From Octopus vulgaris (Eukaryota), in assembly GCA_951406725.2 (NCBI GenBank), contig OX597814.1:23994001-24058000 (forward strand): a stretch of 64,000 bases of DNA. The letters are read 5' to 3'. The notes under the pieces were generated by a model, which saw only the letters and a list, made by a program, of their open reading frames with translations, was not told where the DNA came from and searched no databases. Positions 62,724 through 64,000 of this stretch are shown in pieces (position 1 is the first letter of the stretch; each line of letters starts with the position of its first letter). The position numbers and the translations under genes were made by a program.

Positions 62724-64000
62724 TATAAAGCTCCTACTACATATAAAGCTTAAATTCTCAGATAGACTACCAGTGATTCAATTGCATCTCTTGTGTGTCC
62801 ACAGCCTACGTCAAAGACAGTGTATAGAGTGTATACCTACCCATTTTCTACAAATTGAGTAAGGCTATTTCCTATTACTGGGCTCCTGTTATCTTTCTTA
62901 CTTATTAAAACCCATAGTCTTTGACAGTTTGAACCACCTGCAAGCCATTCATTTGCACATAGTTTTTTCAGAGACCACAAGACATAGATAGATGATGTTG
63001 CAGCCTATAGCAAGACTGCTCTACATAAATGATATTATTTTTTCCTTTACATATTTTCCGTCAATTTTTCAGATATCGGTGAATAGTTTTTACCGAGGAA
63101 AGGGTAAATATACTTCTGGATGAACTTACTAATGCTAATTTATCGGCTATGATATTGGGAAGATATCTATTTTTAGGTCAGCAAACTTGAATAAAACTGT
63201 ATTATATATTTTGCCAATGGGCTGGACACAAAGGCTGTTACAGGGTTTGACCCATGATTGTCCAGTCTGTAGTTTAGCACTTGAGAACCACAGCTAATTT
63301 ACTTGTTATATGAGGAGATTTGTTGTGTTGAATGCTAATATAAATATAGATTTCTTGCATAGATACAATACACGCTATTTTACAATGGAAGAGGAAATTG
63401 ATAATATAAATATAAACACACAGCAGTATGGGAATTGGAAATGAACATAGCAAGATAAATGGCTGGACATAATTTAGAAAAGTGAGTTTTGTGTGTGTGG
63501 ATTATTTTGTTAATACACTCCTCTGTGCAACCGAGTTGCATTCATACATTTTATTCTGTTGTTGCTTCCATCAAGAATATAATGCTGTCAGTTTCAGTAA
63601 TTTGCATTCCTTTTCAATGAATTTTGAATATTGCTTCGTATTTGTGTGTGTCTGTATTGAAATAGATAAACTTAGGAATTACATATTTCTGTAGAAATGG
63701 AAGATAGGTAATAATAGGAAATATTGTGATGGTTACACTCAACTTTTCAGTCTAAGCTTAATGACTTTGGCTTTTCTTAAGAGGATTAAGTGAAGAGAAG
63801 TCCAGATATAAAATGTGATATGAGGGGTTTTATGGTTGCATAAATGGCATGTCTCTCATGACTACTGTATGGTATAAACAAAGAAAGTGATAGTCATAGA
63901 GTGAAGATAATTTATGAGATGTTTCAATACAAGGACATTAATGAAGCTAATTCTGGTCTTCTGAGAAACATTTAATATTTCTCAGTTCTACTGAGGTCAG

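Overview
AT-rich eukaryotic DNA with no intact protein-coding gene that I can support. The repeat families point to a coleoid cephalopod, most likely Octopus: tRNA-Arg-headed OR-type SINEs, Meta/CORE-like SINEs, RTE 3' ends with (GAT)n tails and very dense microsatellites. The species is inferred from recognising these repeats, not from a search. Nearly all ORFs in the track are microsatellite or SINE read-throughs. Decayed mobile elements found by manual translation are four mariner/Tc1-type relics, several RLE-type (R4/Dong-like) LINE 3' ends mostly in (TAA)n tracts, a Tx1/L1-like 3' end, CR1- and RTE-clade relics, and piggyBac- and hAT-like MITEs. There are also dozens of SINE copies, which I label families A, B, C and E; family D is the RTE 3' UTR. 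The most interesting signal is RNA-structural. Type I hammerhead-ribozyme motifs lie on the minus strand: one with an intact core sits directly upstream of a tRNA-Tyr 5' half (13070-13181), one is a minimal Penelope-type motif (56264-56303), and a decayed one precedes a second tRNA-like Pol III unit (59616-59748). Together these suggest a ribozyme-plus-tRNA retroelement family of the retrozyme/SM-alpha type. Other candidates are two long hairpins (4173-4260, 23079-23168), kilobase-scale inverted SINE pairs that could be ADAR substrates, and a compact promoter/LTR-like island near 17 kb. Boundaries of decayed repeats are approximate.
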